DNA of 64,000 bases from Hyalangium minutum (GTDB lineage Bacteria > Myxococcota > Myxococcia > Myxococcales > Myxococcaceae): NCBI RefSeq assembly GCF_000737315.1, contig NZ_JMCB01000003.1, positions 1 through 64,000 of the forward strand, read 5' to 3'. The notes below the pieces were generated by a model. It was not told where the DNA came from. It did not search any database and saw nothing but the letters and a program-made list of their open reading frames with translations. Position numbers and translations under genes: made by a program. Of the stretch, positions 1-9,974 are shown piece after piece; position 1 is the first letter of the stretch; every line of letters begins with the position of its first letter.

Positions 1-161
1 TGAAGCTGCCGGAGAACGTGGAGATGGTGATGCCGGGCGACAACATCGCCATCGAGGTGGAGCTCATCACCCCTGTGGCCATGGAGGCGCAACTGCGCTT
101 CGCGGTTCGCGAGGGTGGCCGTACGGTGGGCTCCGGCGTTGTGGCCGAGGTTATCGAGTAA
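1..161 (+). CDS. tuf: Elongation factor Tu, C-terminal part (gene starts before window)
   Basis: Frame from nt 3 reads [52 protein letters not shown], the EF-Tu C-terminus; TAA at 159-161. Confidence 0.97.
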   Translation, partial: KLPENVEMVMPGDNIAIEVELITPVAMEAQLRFAVREGGRTVGSGVVAEVIE

Positions 162-173
162 GTAGTTTGACGA

Positions 174-206
174 CACCCTGACGGCCACAACCTGGCTGTC
201 AGGGTG
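174..206 (+). terminator. 14-bp hairpin after tuf (terminator or mRNA-stabilising stem)
   Basis: CACCCTGACGGCCA-CAACC-TGGCTGTCAGGGTG, one G-U pair; no clear U-tract. Confidence 0.5.
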
Positions 207-220
207 ATGACGGAATAGAG

Positions 221-249
221 TTGCAACCAGAGGGGTGTGGTGGTACATG
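221..249 (+). promoter_or_regulatory. Putative sigma70-type promoter of the S10 operon
   Basis: TTGCAA, 17 nt spacer, TG-n-TACATG; the -10 element lacks the final T. Confidence 0.45.
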
Positions 250-344
250 CCGCGCCCCTCGTCTGAAGCACGGCTCTGTGACATCCAGGGGACGTCGGTC
301 GTAACGCCTCCACTGCTAGGGGCCGTCTAAGAGGTTTTTTCGAA

Positions 345-653
345 ATGGCGACAACGAAGATTCGCATCCGGCTGAAGGCGTACGACTCGAAGCTCCTGGA
401 CCAGAGTGCCGGGGAGATTGTTGAGACGGCCAAGCGCACGGGCGCCAAGGTGGCCGGTCCGATCCCCCTGCCCACGCGCATCAACAAGTTCACGGTTCTG
501 CGTTCTCCGCACGTGGACAAGAAGAGCCGCGAGCAGTTTGAGATCCGCACGCACAAGCGCTTGCTCGACATTCTCGAGCCCACCCAGCAGACGCTGGATG
601 CGCTGATGAAGCTGGATCTGTCGGCGGGCGTTGACGTGGAGATCAAGTCCTAG
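345..653 (+). CDS. rpsJ: 30S ribosomal protein S10
   Basis: [10 protein letters not shown]...GPIPLPT...[21 protein letters not shown]. Confidence 0.99.
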   Translation: MATTKIRIRLKAYDSKLLDQSAGEIVETAKRTGAKVAGPIPLPTRINKFTVLRSPHVDKKSREQFEIRTHKRLLDILEPTQQTLDALMKLDLSAGVDVEIKS

Positions 654-703
654 GAAGCGGGGCAGGGCGGGAGTGGTTTCACTCCGACCCGCGAGGAAAT
701 GTC

Positions 704-1327
704 ATGGCGAAGTTCAAGGTAATCGACCTGGATGGCAAGCAGGTGTCGGAGATCGAGCTCTCCGACGAGGTGTTCGGCGCTGACCCGAACCCCCACCTCC
801 TCTATGAGGTGGCAAAGATGCAGCAGATCAACCGGCGTCGCGGCACGGTCGGGGTGAAGAACACCTCGCTGGTCAGCGGCGGCGGCAAGAAGCCCTGGAA
901 GCAGAAGGGGACCGGCCGCGCTCGTCAGGGCTCCATTCGCGCCTCCCACTGGGTGGGCGGTGGTAAGGCCATGGCTCCCAAGGCCCGGGACTACTTCTAC
1001 CGTCCTCCTCGCAAGGTCCGTCAGGGCGCGCTGCGCGCTGTGCTGTCCCTGCGCGCCAAGGAGAACTCCCTGTTCATCCTGGACGGCTTCAAGTTGGACG
1101 CCCCCAAGAGCAAGCAGGCCTTCGACGTGCTGACCAAGCGCCTGAAGCTGGAGAACGCGCTGGTCATCGACGAGAAGGGCAACATCAACCTGCACCGCAG
1201 CGTGCGCAACCTCGAGAAGTTCGATGTGCTGCCGCCCGAGGGTCTGAACCTCGAGTCCGTGCTGCGCCACAAGCAGCTGGTGCTCACCTCCGCGGCCGCC
1301 AAGGCCATCCAGGAGGCTCTGTCATGA
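704..1327 (+). CDS. rplD: 50S ribosomal protein L4
   Basis: [21 protein letters not shown] motif. Confidence 0.99.
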   Translation: MAKFKVIDLDGKQVSEIELSDEVFGADPNPHLLYEVAKMQQINRRRGTVGVKNTSLVSGGGKKPWKQKGTGRARQGSIRASHWVGGGKAMAPKARDYFYRPPRKVRQGALRAVLSLRAKENSLFILDGFKLDAPKSKQAFDVLTKRLKLENALVIDEKGNINLHRSVRNLEKFDVLPPEGLNLESVLRHKQLVLTSAAAKAIQEALS

Positions 1328-1617
1328 AGCTCCACGACGTCATCAAGGGTCCGCTCATCACCGAGAAGCTGGATCAGGCCCGCGAGAAGTTCCGCCAGTA
1401 CTCGTTCATCGTGGACAAGAAGGCCACGAAGATCGATGTGGCGCGCGCGGTCGAGAACCTCTTCAAGGTCTCTGTCGAGGGCGTTCGCACCAACATCGTC
1501 CACGGCAAGGTGAAGCGCGTCGGCAAGAGCATTGGCCAGCGCCCCAACTACAAGAAGGCCATCGTCACCCTCAAGGAGGGCGACAAGATTGAGCTCTTCG
1601 AGGGAGGGACGGCCTAG
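1324..1617 (+). CDS. rplW: 50S ribosomal protein L23
   Basis: [10 protein letters not shown]...YKKAIVTL; ATGA overlap with rplD. Confidence 0.98.
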   Translation: MKLHDVIKGPLITEKLDQAREKFRQYSFIVDKKATKIDVARAVENLFKVSVEGVRTNIVHGKVKRVGKSIGQRPNYKKAIVTLKEGDKIELFEGGTA

Positions 1618-1649
1618 GCGCACCGCGCTGACCGTCTGAGGAAACCACC

Positions 1650-2495
1650 ATGGGCATCAAGAAGTACAAGCCGACATCCGCCGCTCGTCGCCTGATGACG
1701 GTGTCCGACTTCGCGGACATCACCAAGGACACGCCGGAGAAGAAGCTCACCGCTCCCCTGAAGCGCTCGGGAGGCCGTAACGTTCACGGCCACATCACCC
1801 GGCGTCACCAGGGCGGTGGCCACAAGCGCCGCTACCGCGTCATCGACTTCAAGCGCCGGGACAAGGATGGCGTGCCGGCCAAGGTCGCCTCCGTGGAGTA
1901 CGACCCGAACCGCACCGCCAACATCGCGCTGCTGCACTACGCGGACGGCGAGAAGCGCTACATCCTGGCCCCCGTGGGCTTGGCCGTGGGCGACACCCTG
2001 TTCGCGGGCCCGAGCTCGGACATCCGTCCGGGCAACTGCCTGCCGCTGCTGAACATCCCGGTGGGTACGGTCATCCACAACGTGGAGCTGAAGCCGGGCC
2101 GCGGCGCGCAGATCATCCGCTCGGCCGGCACCTCCGGCCAGCTGATGGCGAAGGAGGAGCGCTACGCTCAGGTGCGTCTGCCCTCTGGCGCGGTGCGCAA
2201 GGTCCTCATCGAGTGCCGCGCCACCGTGGGCCAGCTCGGCAACATCGAGCATGAGATCATCCGCATCGGTAAGGCGGGTAAGAGCCGCTGGCTGGGCATC
2301 CGGCCCACCGTCCGCGGTCTGGCGATGAACCCTGTCGACCACCCGCACGGTGGTGGTGAGGGTAAGTCCGGCCAGGGTAACCCGCACCCGGTGTCGCCGT
2401 GGGGCAAGAAGACCAAGGGTCTCACCACGCGCACCAACAAGCGGACTGACAAGTTCATCGTGAGCAAGCGCCGGCAGGGACCGCGCAGCCAGTAG
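1650..2495 (+). CDS. rplB: 50S ribosomal protein L2
   Basis: [30 protein letters not shown]. Confidence 0.99.
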   Translation: MGIKKYKPTSAARRLMTVSDFADITKDTPEKKLTAPLKRSGGRNVHGHITRRHQGGGHKRRYRVIDFKRRDKDGVPAKVASVEYDPNRTANIALLHYADGEKRYILAPVGLAVGDTLFAGPSSDIRPGNCLPLLNIPVGTVIHNVELKPGRGAQIIRSAGTSGQLMAKEERYAQVRLPSGAVRKVLIECRATVGQLGNIEHEIIRIGKAGKSRWLGIRPTVRGLAMNPVDHPHGGGEGKSGQGNPHPVSPWGKKTKGLTTRTNKRTDKFIVSKRRQGPRSQ

Positions 2496-2517
2496 CTCAT
2501 AGCCCAAGGATTCTGAA

Positions 2518-2805
2518 ATGGCTCGTTCGATCAAGAAGGGACCGTTCGTCGACGATCATCTCCTCAAGAAGGTGGAGGATATGATCAAGACGAACCAGAA
2601 GAAGGTCGTGAAGACGTGGTCGCGGCGCTCCACCATCCTGCCGGAGTTCGTCGGTCACACCTTCGCGGTTCACAACGGGAAGAAGTTCATCCCGGTCTTC
2701 GTGACGGAGAACATGGTCGGTCACAAGCTCGGTGAGTTCGCGCCGACTCGGACCTTCGGTGGGCACTCGGCGGAGAAGAAGGTCGCCAAGGCTCCCGGTA
2801 AGTAA
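2518..2805 (+). CDS. rpsS: 30S ribosomal protein S19
   Basis: [12 protein letters not shown]...TWSRRSTI...[11 protein letters not shown]. Confidence 0.99.
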   Translation: MARSIKKGPFVDDHLLKKVEDMIKTNQKKVVKTWSRRSTILPEFVGHTFAVHNGKKFIPVFVTENMVGHKLGEFAPTRTFGGHSAEKKVAKAPGK

Positions 2806-2823
2806 TCCGGACCGCACTAGGAG

Positions 2824-3174
2824 ATGACGATGGAGTCCACTGCACATCTGCGCTACGTCCGCATGTCGCCCCGGAAGCTCTCCACGGTGGCTGCGCTCAT
2901 CCGCGGCAAGCCTGTTGAGGCCGCGCTGAACATCCTGAAGTTCACCCCCCGCGCGGCGGCCGCCCCGGTGGCCAAGCTCATCAAGAGCGCCGTGGCCAAC
3001 GCGACGGACAAGTCCAAGGGCCAGGTCGACGTGGATACTCTCTACGTGAAGACCATCTCCGTGGACCAGGCCCCCACCCAGCGCCGGTACATGCCGCGCG
3101 CCATGGGCCGGGCGACCCGCATCAACAAGAAGAGCGCCCACGTTCACGTGGTGCTCGCCGAGGCCAAGAAGTAG
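2824..3174 (+). CDS. rplV: 50S ribosomal protein L22
   Basis: RMSPRK...LIKSAVANA...PRAMGRA; operon position. Confidence 0.98.
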   Translation: MTMESTAHLRYVRMSPRKLSTVAALIRGKPVEAALNILKFTPRAAAAPVAKLIKSAVANATDKSKGQVDVDTLYVKTISVDQAPTQRRYMPRAMGRATRINKKSAHVHVVLAEAKK

Positions 3175-3208
3175 CCCTCCGGGCCTTCAATCTTTAAGGA
3201 GAAGCACG

Positions 3209-3871
3209 TTGGGACAGAAAGTTCATCCGATCGGGTTCCGCCTCGGTGTCATCAAGACCTGGGACAGCAAGTGGTTCGAGCACAAGAACTACGCCCAGTG
3301 GCTGCATGAGGACATCCGCATCCGCGAGTTCGTGAAGAAGTCGCTCAACCACGCGGGCGTCTCCAAGGTGGAGATCGAGCGCGCGGCCAACAAGGTCAAG
3401 GTCAACGTCCACACCGCGCGTCCGGGTATCGTCATCGGCAAGCGCGGCGCGGGCATCGAGACGGTGAAGAAGGACCTGCAGCAGTTCACCAAGAACGAGG
3501 TCTTCCTCAACATCGTCGAGGTCCGCAAGGCCGAGACCGACGCGCAGCTGGTGGCCGAGAACATCGCCACGCAGCTCGAGCGCCGCATCGCTTTCCGCCG
3601 CGCCATGAAGAAGGCGCTGCAGACGGCCATGAAGTTCGGGGCCAAGGGCATCCGCGTGGCCTGCTCGGGCCGCCTGGGCGGCGCGGAGATGGCGCGCTAC
3701 GAGTGGTACCGCGAGGGCCGCGTGCCCCTGCACACCCTGCGCGCTGACATTGACTACGGCTTCGCCGAGGCCAAGACGACCTACGGCAAGATCGGCTGCA
3801 AGGTCTGGATCTGCCGCGGTGAGGTTCTGCCGGGTAAGGGCGGCCAGGCCCCCCTGCCCACCAACCGCTAG
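3209..3871 (+). CDS. rpsC: 30S ribosomal protein S3 (TTG start)
   Basis: [12 protein letters not shown]...[15 protein letters not shown]. Confidence 0.99.
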   Translation: MGQKVHPIGFRLGVIKTWDSKWFEHKNYAQWLHEDIRIREFVKKSLNHAGVSKVEIERAANKVKVNVHTARPGIVIGKRGAGIETVKKDLQQFTKNEVFLNIVEVRKAETDAQLVAENIATQLERRIAFRRAMKKALQTAMKFGAKGIRVACSGRLGGAEMARYEWYREGRVPLHTLRADIDYGFAEAKTTYGKIGCKVWICRGEVLPGKGGQAPLPTNR

Positions 3872-3926
3872 CTTGAGCTCCCCGGGGCGCCCACGGGTGC
3901 CCCTTTGGGGATGAAGGACACCGACG

Positions 3927-4346
3927 ATGCTTCAGCCTGCTCGTACCAAGTACCGCAAGATGCACAAGGGCCGGACCCCCGGCCGGGCCTATCGCGGCAG
4001 CGACCTCACCTACGGTGAGTACGGCCTCATGTCCCTGCAGCCGGGGTGGATCACCTCGCGCCAGATCGAGGCGGCCCGTATCGCCATGACCCGCCACGTG
4101 AAGCGCGGCGGCAAGATCTGGATCCGGGTGTTCCCGGACAAGCCCATCACCAAGAAGCCCGCCGAGACTCGTATGGGTACCGGTAAGGGTGGCGTGGAGT
4201 ACTACGTGGCGGTGGTGAAGCCGGGCCGCATCCTCTACGAGATGGAGGGCATGACGGCCGAGGTGGCCACCAGCGCGCTGAAGCTCGCGCAGGCCAAGCT
4301 GCCTGTGCTCACCAAGATCGTGAACCGCAGCGCGCTGTCGCTCTAG
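3927..4346 (+). CDS. rplP: 50S ribosomal protein L16
   Basis: [11 protein letters not shown]...[11 protein letters not shown]...RMGTGKG. Confidence 0.99.
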   Translation: MLQPARTKYRKMHKGRTPGRAYRGSDLTYGEYGLMSLQPGWITSRQIEAARIAMTRHVKRGGKIWIRVFPDKPITKKPAETRMGTGKGGVEYYVAVVKPGRILYEMEGMTAEVATSALKLAQAKLPVLTKIVNRSALSL

Positions 4347-4368
4347 TGGCTGCGCGAGGAGACTGAAG

Positions 4369-4581
4369 ATGGCGACTGCGAAAGAGTTGAGGGAGTTGGC
4401 GGCGGAAGACCTGCAGCGGCGCGCGGATGAGCTGCGCGGCACGCTGTTCCAGGACCAGCTGAGCATGCGGACGGGCAATCTGGACAGCCCCACCTCGCGT
4501 ACCCAGCACCGCAAGGACCTGGCGCGGATCCTCACCGTGCTGACCGAGAAGAAGCGGGCCCCCGAGAAGACGGATAAGTAG
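4369..4581 (+). CDS. rpmC: 50S ribosomal protein L29
   Basis: KELRE...RKDLARILTVLTE; operon position. Confidence 0.95.
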   Translation: MATAKELRELAAEDLQRRADELRGTLFQDQLSMRTGNLDSPTSRTQHRKDLARILTVLTEKKRAPEKTDK

Positions 4582-4661
4582 CACCCGGCAGCCCCCTGGG
4601 AAGGGGGCGCCACTTCCCCCGGGACATCCTGGGGAACACTGACTGACAGGCGAGATTCACG

Positions 4662-4979
4662 ATGGCTGAAGAGACCCAGACCACCTCCGCTCCAGAGACT
4701 TCCTCCCGTGGCCGTCCCAAGACGCGCGTGGGGATCGTCACCTCGAACAAGATGCAGAAGACGGTGGTCGTCACCGTCTCGCGCCGTGCGCCGCACGCCA
4801 AGTACGGCAAGATCTTGAGCATGCGCGAGAAGTACAAGGCGCACGTCGAGGACCACGACTACCCGAAGAAGATCACCATCAACGAGGGTGATCGCGTCCG
4901 CATCGCTGAGACCAAGCCGGCCTCGAAGGACAAGCGGTGGCGGGTGGTCGAAGTGATCGAGAAGAGCAAGAACGTCTGA
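4662..4979 (+). CDS. rpsQ: 30S ribosomal protein S17
   Basis: [14 protein letters not shown]...[18 protein letters not shown]. Confidence 0.98.
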   Translation: MAEETQTTSAPETSSRGRPKTRVGIVTSNKMQKTVVVTVSRRAPHAKYGKILSMREKYKAHVEDHDYPKKITINEGDRVRIAETKPASKDKRWRVVEVIEKSKNV

Positions 4980-5011
4980 GCCATTGGGCTCGCGGCTGAG
5001 GAGACTTCCAA

Positions 5012-5380
5012 ATGATTCAGATGACGAGCGTGCTCGATGTGGCGGACAACTCGGGCGCGAAGAAGGTGTTCTGCATCAAGGTGCTCGGTGGTTCGAAGCG
5101 CAAGTACGCGTCGATCGGCGACGTGATCGTCGTGTCGATCCGCGAGGCGCTGCCGAACTCGAAGGTGAAGAAGGGTGACGTGGCCAAGGCCGTGATCGTC
5201 CGCACCAAGACCGAGGTGGGCCGTCCGGACGGCAGCTACATCAAGTTCGATGGCAACTCCGCCGTCCTCATCAACAAGGACATGGAGCCCATCGGCACGC
5301 GTATCTTCGGGCCGGTGGCCCGCGAGCTGCGCGCCCGCAAGTTCATGAAGATCATCTCGCTGGCGCCGGAAGTCCTCTAG
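5012..5380 (+). CDS. rplN: 50S ribosomal protein L14
   Basis: [17 protein letters not shown]...[13 protein letters not shown]. Confidence 0.99.
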   Translation: MIQMTSVLDVADNSGAKKVFCIKVLGGSKRKYASIGDVIVVSIREALPNSKVKKGDVAKAVIVRTKTEVGRPDGSYIKFDGNSAVLINKDMEPIGTRIFGPVARELRARKFMKIISLAPEVL

Positions 5381-5418
5381 GACAGCAGGCCCGCAGGCGA
5401 GTGTAAGAGAGGAACCCC

Positions 5419-5748
5419 ATGCAGAAGCTCAAGGTTGGAGACACCGTGCAGGTCATCTCGGGCGCCGAGCGCTCGGAGAAGACGCCTGCCACCAAGCGCG
5501 GCAAGGTGCTGAAGATCGACCACGACGCCGGCCGCGTCACGGTCGAGGGACTCCGGATGGTCAAGCGCCACCTGCGCAAGACCGCTCAGAGCCCCGAGGG
5601 CGGCATCATCGAGAAGGCGGGCACCATCGCTCTCTCGGACGTCCAGGTGGTGTGCACCAAGTGCGACAAGCCGACCCGGGTGGGTATCCGGGCGGATGGC
5701 ACGGACAAGAAGCGGTTCTGCAAGAACTGCGACGCCCTGATTGACTAG
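5419..5748 (+). CDS. rplX: 50S ribosomal protein L24
   Basis: KLKVGDTVQVISG KOW motif; position after rplN. Confidence 0.97.
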   Translation: MQKLKVGDTVQVISGAERSEKTPATKRGKVLKIDHDAGRVTVEGLRMVKRHLRKTAQSPEGGIIEKAGTIALSDVQVVCTKCDKPTRVGIRADGTDKKRFCKNCDALID

Positions 5749-5921
5749 GTAACCGGGTTGGGGCATGTATGCGCGCCCTTTGGCCACCTGTGGCCAGAGG
5801 CGGGCAGACAGGCTGACACGAGGGCCCGAAGCTTTGGGCCCTCTCGGTGTTTCTGAGATTCCAGATGTACTGATCGGGGCCGCTGGGTCCACGACGGCGC
5901 TCCGAAGCAGAGGACCACACA

Positions 5922-6587
5922 ATGGCTGACGAGAAGAAGGCCGACCAGGCCGAGAAGAAGGAAAAGAAGGAAAAGAAGGGCCGCAAGAAGGAAGACGTCA
6001 AGAAGGCGGGATTTGCGGCCAATATTGAGGAGGGCCTCGAGGCGAAGCCGGCGCGGCTGAAGCTGCGCTACCGCAAGGAGGGCGTCCCTGCTCTGATGAA
6101 GGAGCTGAGCCTGAAGAACCCGTACCAGGTTCCCAAGCTCGAGAAGATCGTCGTCAACATGGGTCTGGGCGAGGCGCTCGCCAACAACAAGATCCTGGAG
6201 TCCGCGGTGGACCAGCTGGGCGCCATCACCGGCCAGAAGCCCATCATCACCCGCGCGCGCAAGTCGATCGCGAACTTCAAGCTGCGCCAGGGCCAAGCCA
6301 TTGGCTGCGCCGTCACGCTGCGCGGCGACCGGATGTACGAGTTCCTGGACCGCCTCATCTCCGTCGCGCTGCCGCGCGTGCGTGACTTCAAGGGCGTGTC
6401 CCCCAAGGCCTTCGACGGGAAGGGCAACTACACGCTCGGCGTCCGCGAGCAGATCATCTTCCCTGAGATCAACTACGACCAGATCGAGAAGGTGAAGGGG
6501 CTCAACATCAGCTTCGTCACCACCGCGCGCAACGACGAGCAGGGGTTGGCGCTCATGCGTCACTTCGGCATCCCGTTCCGTACGTAA
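5922..6587 (+). CDS. rplE: 50S ribosomal protein L5 with Lys/Glu-rich N-terminal extension
   Basis: [14 protein letters not shown]...PRVRDFKG...FPEINYD. Confidence 0.98.
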   Translation: MADEKKADQAEKKEKKEKKGRKKEDVKKAGFAANIEEGLEAKPARLKLRYRKEGVPALMKELSLKNPYQVPKLEKIVVNMGLGEALANNKILESAVDQLGAITGQKPIITRARKSIANFKLRQGQAIGCAVTLRGDRMYEFLDRLISVALPRVRDFKGVSPKAFDGKGNYTLGVREQIIFPEINYDQIEKVKGLNISFVTTARNDEQGLALMRHFGIPFRT

Positions 6588-6610
6588 CTCCTCAAGGAAT
6601 CCATCAATCC

Positions 6611-6796
6611 ATGGCCAAGCTCTCCAAGATCGCCCAGGCGAAGCGCAAGCCGAAGTTCTCGGTGCGTAAGTACAACCGCTGCCCGCTGTGCGGCCGTCCC
6701 CGCGCGTTCCTGCGCAAGTTCCAGATGTGCCGCATCTGCCTGCGCCTCCGCGCGCTGCGCGGTGAGATCACCGGCGTCACCAAGTCGTCCTGGTAG
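6611..6796 (+). CDS. rpsN: 30S ribosomal protein S14 type Z (zinc-binding)
   Basis: 61 aa, RCPLCGRPR...CRIC. Confidence 0.98.
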   Translation: MAKLSKIAQAKRKPKFSVRKYNRCPLCGRPRAFLRKFQMCRICLRLRALRGEITGVTKSSW

Positions 6797-6963
6797 CCGG
6801 AAGAGGGTGCCCCAGGCTGTGAGGCCTGGTCCCCTGGCGCTGCACGCAGCGCCGAAACGTTAAGAGCAGTGCGATCGCGGCGAACCCCCGGGATGGGCCC
6901 GGCAGGCGCGGCGGTCGAAGTCGCGGAGAGCCTCGGAGTTCTCCGCCTGGAAGGTTGTCACCC

Positions 6964-7362
6964 ATGCCGGTCAATGATCCTGTCGGCGACATGCTGACCC
7001 GCCTGCGCAACGCCTCGCGTGCGCGGCACGACAAGGTTGTCATTCCTCACTCGAAGCTGAAGGTCGAGATCATCCGCGTCCTCAAGGAGGAGGGCTACAT
7101 CGGGGACTACACGATCCACGAGCGCAAGCCCCAGAGCGAGATCACCGTTCAGCTGAAGTACGGTCAGGACCGCAGCTCCGCCATCAGCGGCATCCGCCGC
7201 GTGTCCAAGCCGGGCCTGCGCCGCTACGTGCCGATGCGCGACATTCCCCGCGTCCTGAACGGCATGGGCATCGCCGTGCTGTCCACCTCCAAGGGCATCC
7301 TGTCCGACGGCGAGGCGCGCAAGCAGAACCTCGGCGGCGAGCTGCTCTGCACCGTCTACTAG
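6964..7362 (+). CDS. rpsH: 30S ribosomal protein S8
   Basis: [13 protein letters not shown]...[10 protein letters not shown]...STSKG; ATG 6964 preferred over TTG 6955. Confidence 0.98.
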   Translation: MPVNDPVGDMLTRLRNASRARHDKVVIPHSKLKVEIIRVLKEEGYIGDYTIHERKPQSEITVQLKYGQDRSSAISGIRRVSKPGLRRYVPMRDIPRVLNGMGIAVLSTSKGILSDGEARKQNLGGELLCTVY

Positions 7363-7423
7363 CCAGTTGCCTGGCGCCGCGGCCCGGAAGGGTCGCGCTC
7401 CGGGCAGACCTTACGAGGCCATC

Positions 7424-7990
7424 ATGAGTCGCATTGGAAAGCTGCCGATCAAGCTGGACGCCAAGACGAAGGCAGCCGTCGCCGGCAAGAAGGTCAACTT
7501 CGAGGGCCCCAAGGGCAAGCTGTCCGTCAATCTCCCCGCCAAGGTGAAGGTGGAGATCAAGGACGGCAACGTGGTGGTGGTCCGCGAGGATGACTCCCGC
7601 GAGGCTCGGAGCCTGCACGGCCTGGCCCGCACCATCCTGGCCAACGCCGCCAAGGGCGTGAGCACGGGCTTCGAGCGCCGCCTGAGCATCCGCGGCGTCG
7701 GTTTCCGCGCCGAGGTGAAGGGCAAGAGCATCCAGTTCTCGCTGGGCTACTCGCACCCGGTGGTGTTCAACCTGCCGGAGGGTGTCACGGCCGAAGTGGA
7801 TAAGACGGCCCGCACCGAGGAGAGCCTCCCGACGGTGGATCTCACCCTGCGCTCGGCGGACAAGGAGGCCCTGGGGACCGCCGCCGTGAAGATCCGCGCG
7901 CTGCGCCCGCCCGAGCCGTACAAGGGCAAGGGCATCAAGTACGCCGAGGAGAAGGTTCGCCGCAAGGAGGGCAAGACCGGTACGACTTAA
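7424..7990 (+). CDS. rplF: 50S ribosomal protein L6
   Basis: MSRIGKLPI...LRPPEPYKGKGIKY; start at MSRIG. Confidence 0.98.
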   Translation: MSRIGKLPIKLDAKTKAAVAGKKVNFEGPKGKLSVNLPAKVKVEIKDGNVVVVREDDSREARSLHGLARTILANAAKGVSTGFERRLSIRGVGFRAEVKGKSIQFSLGYSHPVVFNLPEGVTAEVDKTARTEESLPTVDLTLRSADKEALGTAAVKIRALRPPEPYKGKGIKYAEEKVRRKEGKTGTT

Positions 7991-8095
7991 TCGTCGTCCG
8001 TGCCCTGAACGTTCAACCCCGCGGGCTCCTCTGGGGGCCCGCAGTCATCCGGAGGCGGAAGGCCTCATCGCCGCCGGAAGGAAGAGAAAGCAGCC

Positions 8096-8449
8096 ATGGC
8101 TACAATCGATCCGCGCATCAAGAGGAAGAACCGCATCCGCAAGAAGCTCTCGGGTACCACCGAGCGCCCGCGGCTCACGGTTTACAAGAGCCTCAAGCAC
8201 ATCTACGCCCAGGTGGTGGATGACTCCACCGGCAAGACGCTGGCGTATGCCTCGTCCCTGTCCAAGGAGCTCAAGGGCCAGGATGAGGGCGACAAGAAGG
8301 CCGACGCCAAGCGCGTGGGCAAGCTGATCGCCGAGAAGTGCAAGGCGGCCAACGTCGGGGCGGTGGTGTTCGACCGCAACGGCTTCCCTTATCACGGGCG
8401 CATCGCCGCCGTGGCTGACGCCGCGCGCGAGGCCGGGCTGAAGTTCTAA
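8096..8449 (+). CDS. rplR: 50S ribosomal protein L18
   Basis: [16 protein letters not shown]...[12 protein letters not shown]. Confidence 0.98.
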   Translation: MATIDPRIKRKNRIRKKLSGTTERPRLTVYKSLKHIYAQVVDDSTGKTLAYASSLSKELKGQDEGDKKADAKRVGKLIAEKCKAANVGAVVFDRNGFPYHGRIAAVADAAREAGLKF

Positions 8450-8473
8450 GAAATTCGAAAGGAAGCTCTCCAA

Positions 8474-8995
8474 GTGGCAACTCCGATCAATCCGAACGAC
8501 CTGGACCTCACCGACCGCGTGGTGAACATCAACCGCGTGGCCAAGGTGGTGAAGGGTGGCCGCCGGTTCTCGTTCGCCGCCCTCGTGGTGGTGGGTGATG
8601 GCAATGGCCATGTGGGCGTGGGCCTGGGCAAGGCCAACGAGGTCCCCGAGGCCATCCGCAAGGGTGGCGAGAACGCCAAGAAGAACCTGTTCCGCGTCCC
8701 GCTGTCGGGTCACACCATCCCGCACGAGGTGCTCGGGCACTTCGGCGCTGGGTGGGTGCTCCTGAAGCCGGCCAGCGAGGGTACGGGCGTCATCGCCGGT
8801 GGTGCGGTGCGCGCGGTCCTCGAGGCGGCGGGCATCCGCAACATCCTGACCAAGAGCCAGGGCTCGCGGAACCCCCACAACGTGCTGAAGGCCACGGTGG
8901 CGGGCCTGAAGCGGCTGCGCTCGGCCGAGCAGGTTTCCCGGCTGCGCGGTAAGGACGTCGAGACGGCCAAGCTGGCCGGTGAGGCGAGGACCTAG
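8474..8995 (+). CDS. rpsE: 30S ribosomal protein S5
   Basis: [25 protein letters not shown]. Confidence 0.99.
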   Translation: MATPINPNDLDLTDRVVNINRVAKVVKGGRRFSFAALVVVGDGNGHVGVGLGKANEVPEAIRKGGENAKKNLFRVPLSGHTIPHEVLGHFGAGWVLLKPASEGTGVIAGGAVRAVLEAAGIRNILTKSQGSRNPHNVLKATVAGLKRLRSAEQVSRLRGKDVETAKLAGEART

Positions 8996-8997
8996 TC

Positions 8998-9258
8998 ATG
9001 GCGCTCAAGGTGAAGCTGGTGAAGAGCTCCGCTGGCTCTTCCAAGGAGATGCTGGACACCATCCGCGGGCTCGGGCTGAAGAAGTTCGGCGACGAGCGCC
9101 TGCTCAAGGACACCCCGTCCAACCGGGGCCTGGTGTTCAAGGTGAAGCACCTGGTCTCCAGTGAGACGGTGAGCCAGGAGGCTCCGGCCCCCAAGCGCCG
9201 GAAGCCCCGTAAGATCATCGTCCGTGACCGCGCCCGGGCCAAGGCGGCCAAGAGCTAG
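8998..9258 (+). CDS. rpmD: 50S ribosomal protein L30 with basic C-terminal extension
   Basis: LKVKLVKS...TIRGLGLKK...DTPSNRG...KVKHLV; position between rpsE and rplO. Confidence 0.93.
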   Translation: MALKVKLVKSSAGSSKEMLDTIRGLGLKKFGDERLLKDTPSNRGLVFKVKHLVSSETVSQEAPAPKRRKPRKIIVRDRARAKAAKS

Positions 9259-9315
9259 GACGGATTCGTTCCGCGGGCCCCGCGAACCGGGGCTGCCGCG
9301 CATGAGGACTTCAAG

Positions 9316-9846
9316 ATGTCGACGACTCTCAACAACCTGAAGCGGCCGCATAACTCGTGGCACCGCAAGAAGCGCGTGGGCCGCGGGCAGGGTAGCGGTC
9401 TGGGCAAGACGGCAGGCCGTGGTGGCAAGGGCCAGAAGGCTCGTTCCGGCAACATGCGGTTCGAGGGCTTCGAGGGCGGTCAGAGCCCCCTGCAGCGCCG
9501 GCTGCCGAAGTTCGGCTTCATCTCGCCCAACCGCGTCATCTACGCGGTGGTGAACCTGGCGGACCTCGAGCACGCGTTCGAGGCGGGCGCCACGGTGGAC
9601 GAGGCCGCGCTGAAGGCCAAGGGCCTGGTCAAGGGCCGCTATGACGGCGTGAAGGTGCTCGGCCAGGGCGAGCTCTCCAAGAAGCTCACCCTCAAGGTGC
9701 ACAAGCTGTCCGGTAAGGCCCAGGAGGCCATCCAGAAGGCGGGCGGCGCAGTTGAGGTGCTCCCCCTGGTGGCGCACAAGCCTGAGTCTGCCTCGAAGGC
9801 TCACTCTGGCAAGGGCGTCAAGGCCCCCAAGCAGACGAACGCCTAG
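9316..9846 (+). CDS. rplO: 50S ribosomal protein L15
   Basis: [32 protein letters not shown]. Confidence 0.98.
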   Translation: MSTTLNNLKRPHNSWHRKKRVGRGQGSGLGKTAGRGGKGQKARSGNMRFEGFEGGQSPLQRRLPKFGFISPNRVIYAVVNLADLEHAFEAGATVDEAALKAKGLVKGRYDGVKVLGQGELSKKLTLKVHKLSGKAQEAIQKAGGAVEVLPLVAHKPESASKAHSGKGVKAPKQTNA

Positions 9847-9974
9847 CTGTGCTGGGCCGCGCTTCACTTTGGGTGGTGCGCGCCGGTTCGCTTGTGTAGG
9901 CTCACGCGCCCCTCTCCTTCGTGGATTGGGGCGCTGTCGTTCTATCAGGACCTTTCGAAGGGGATGGCTCCGTC

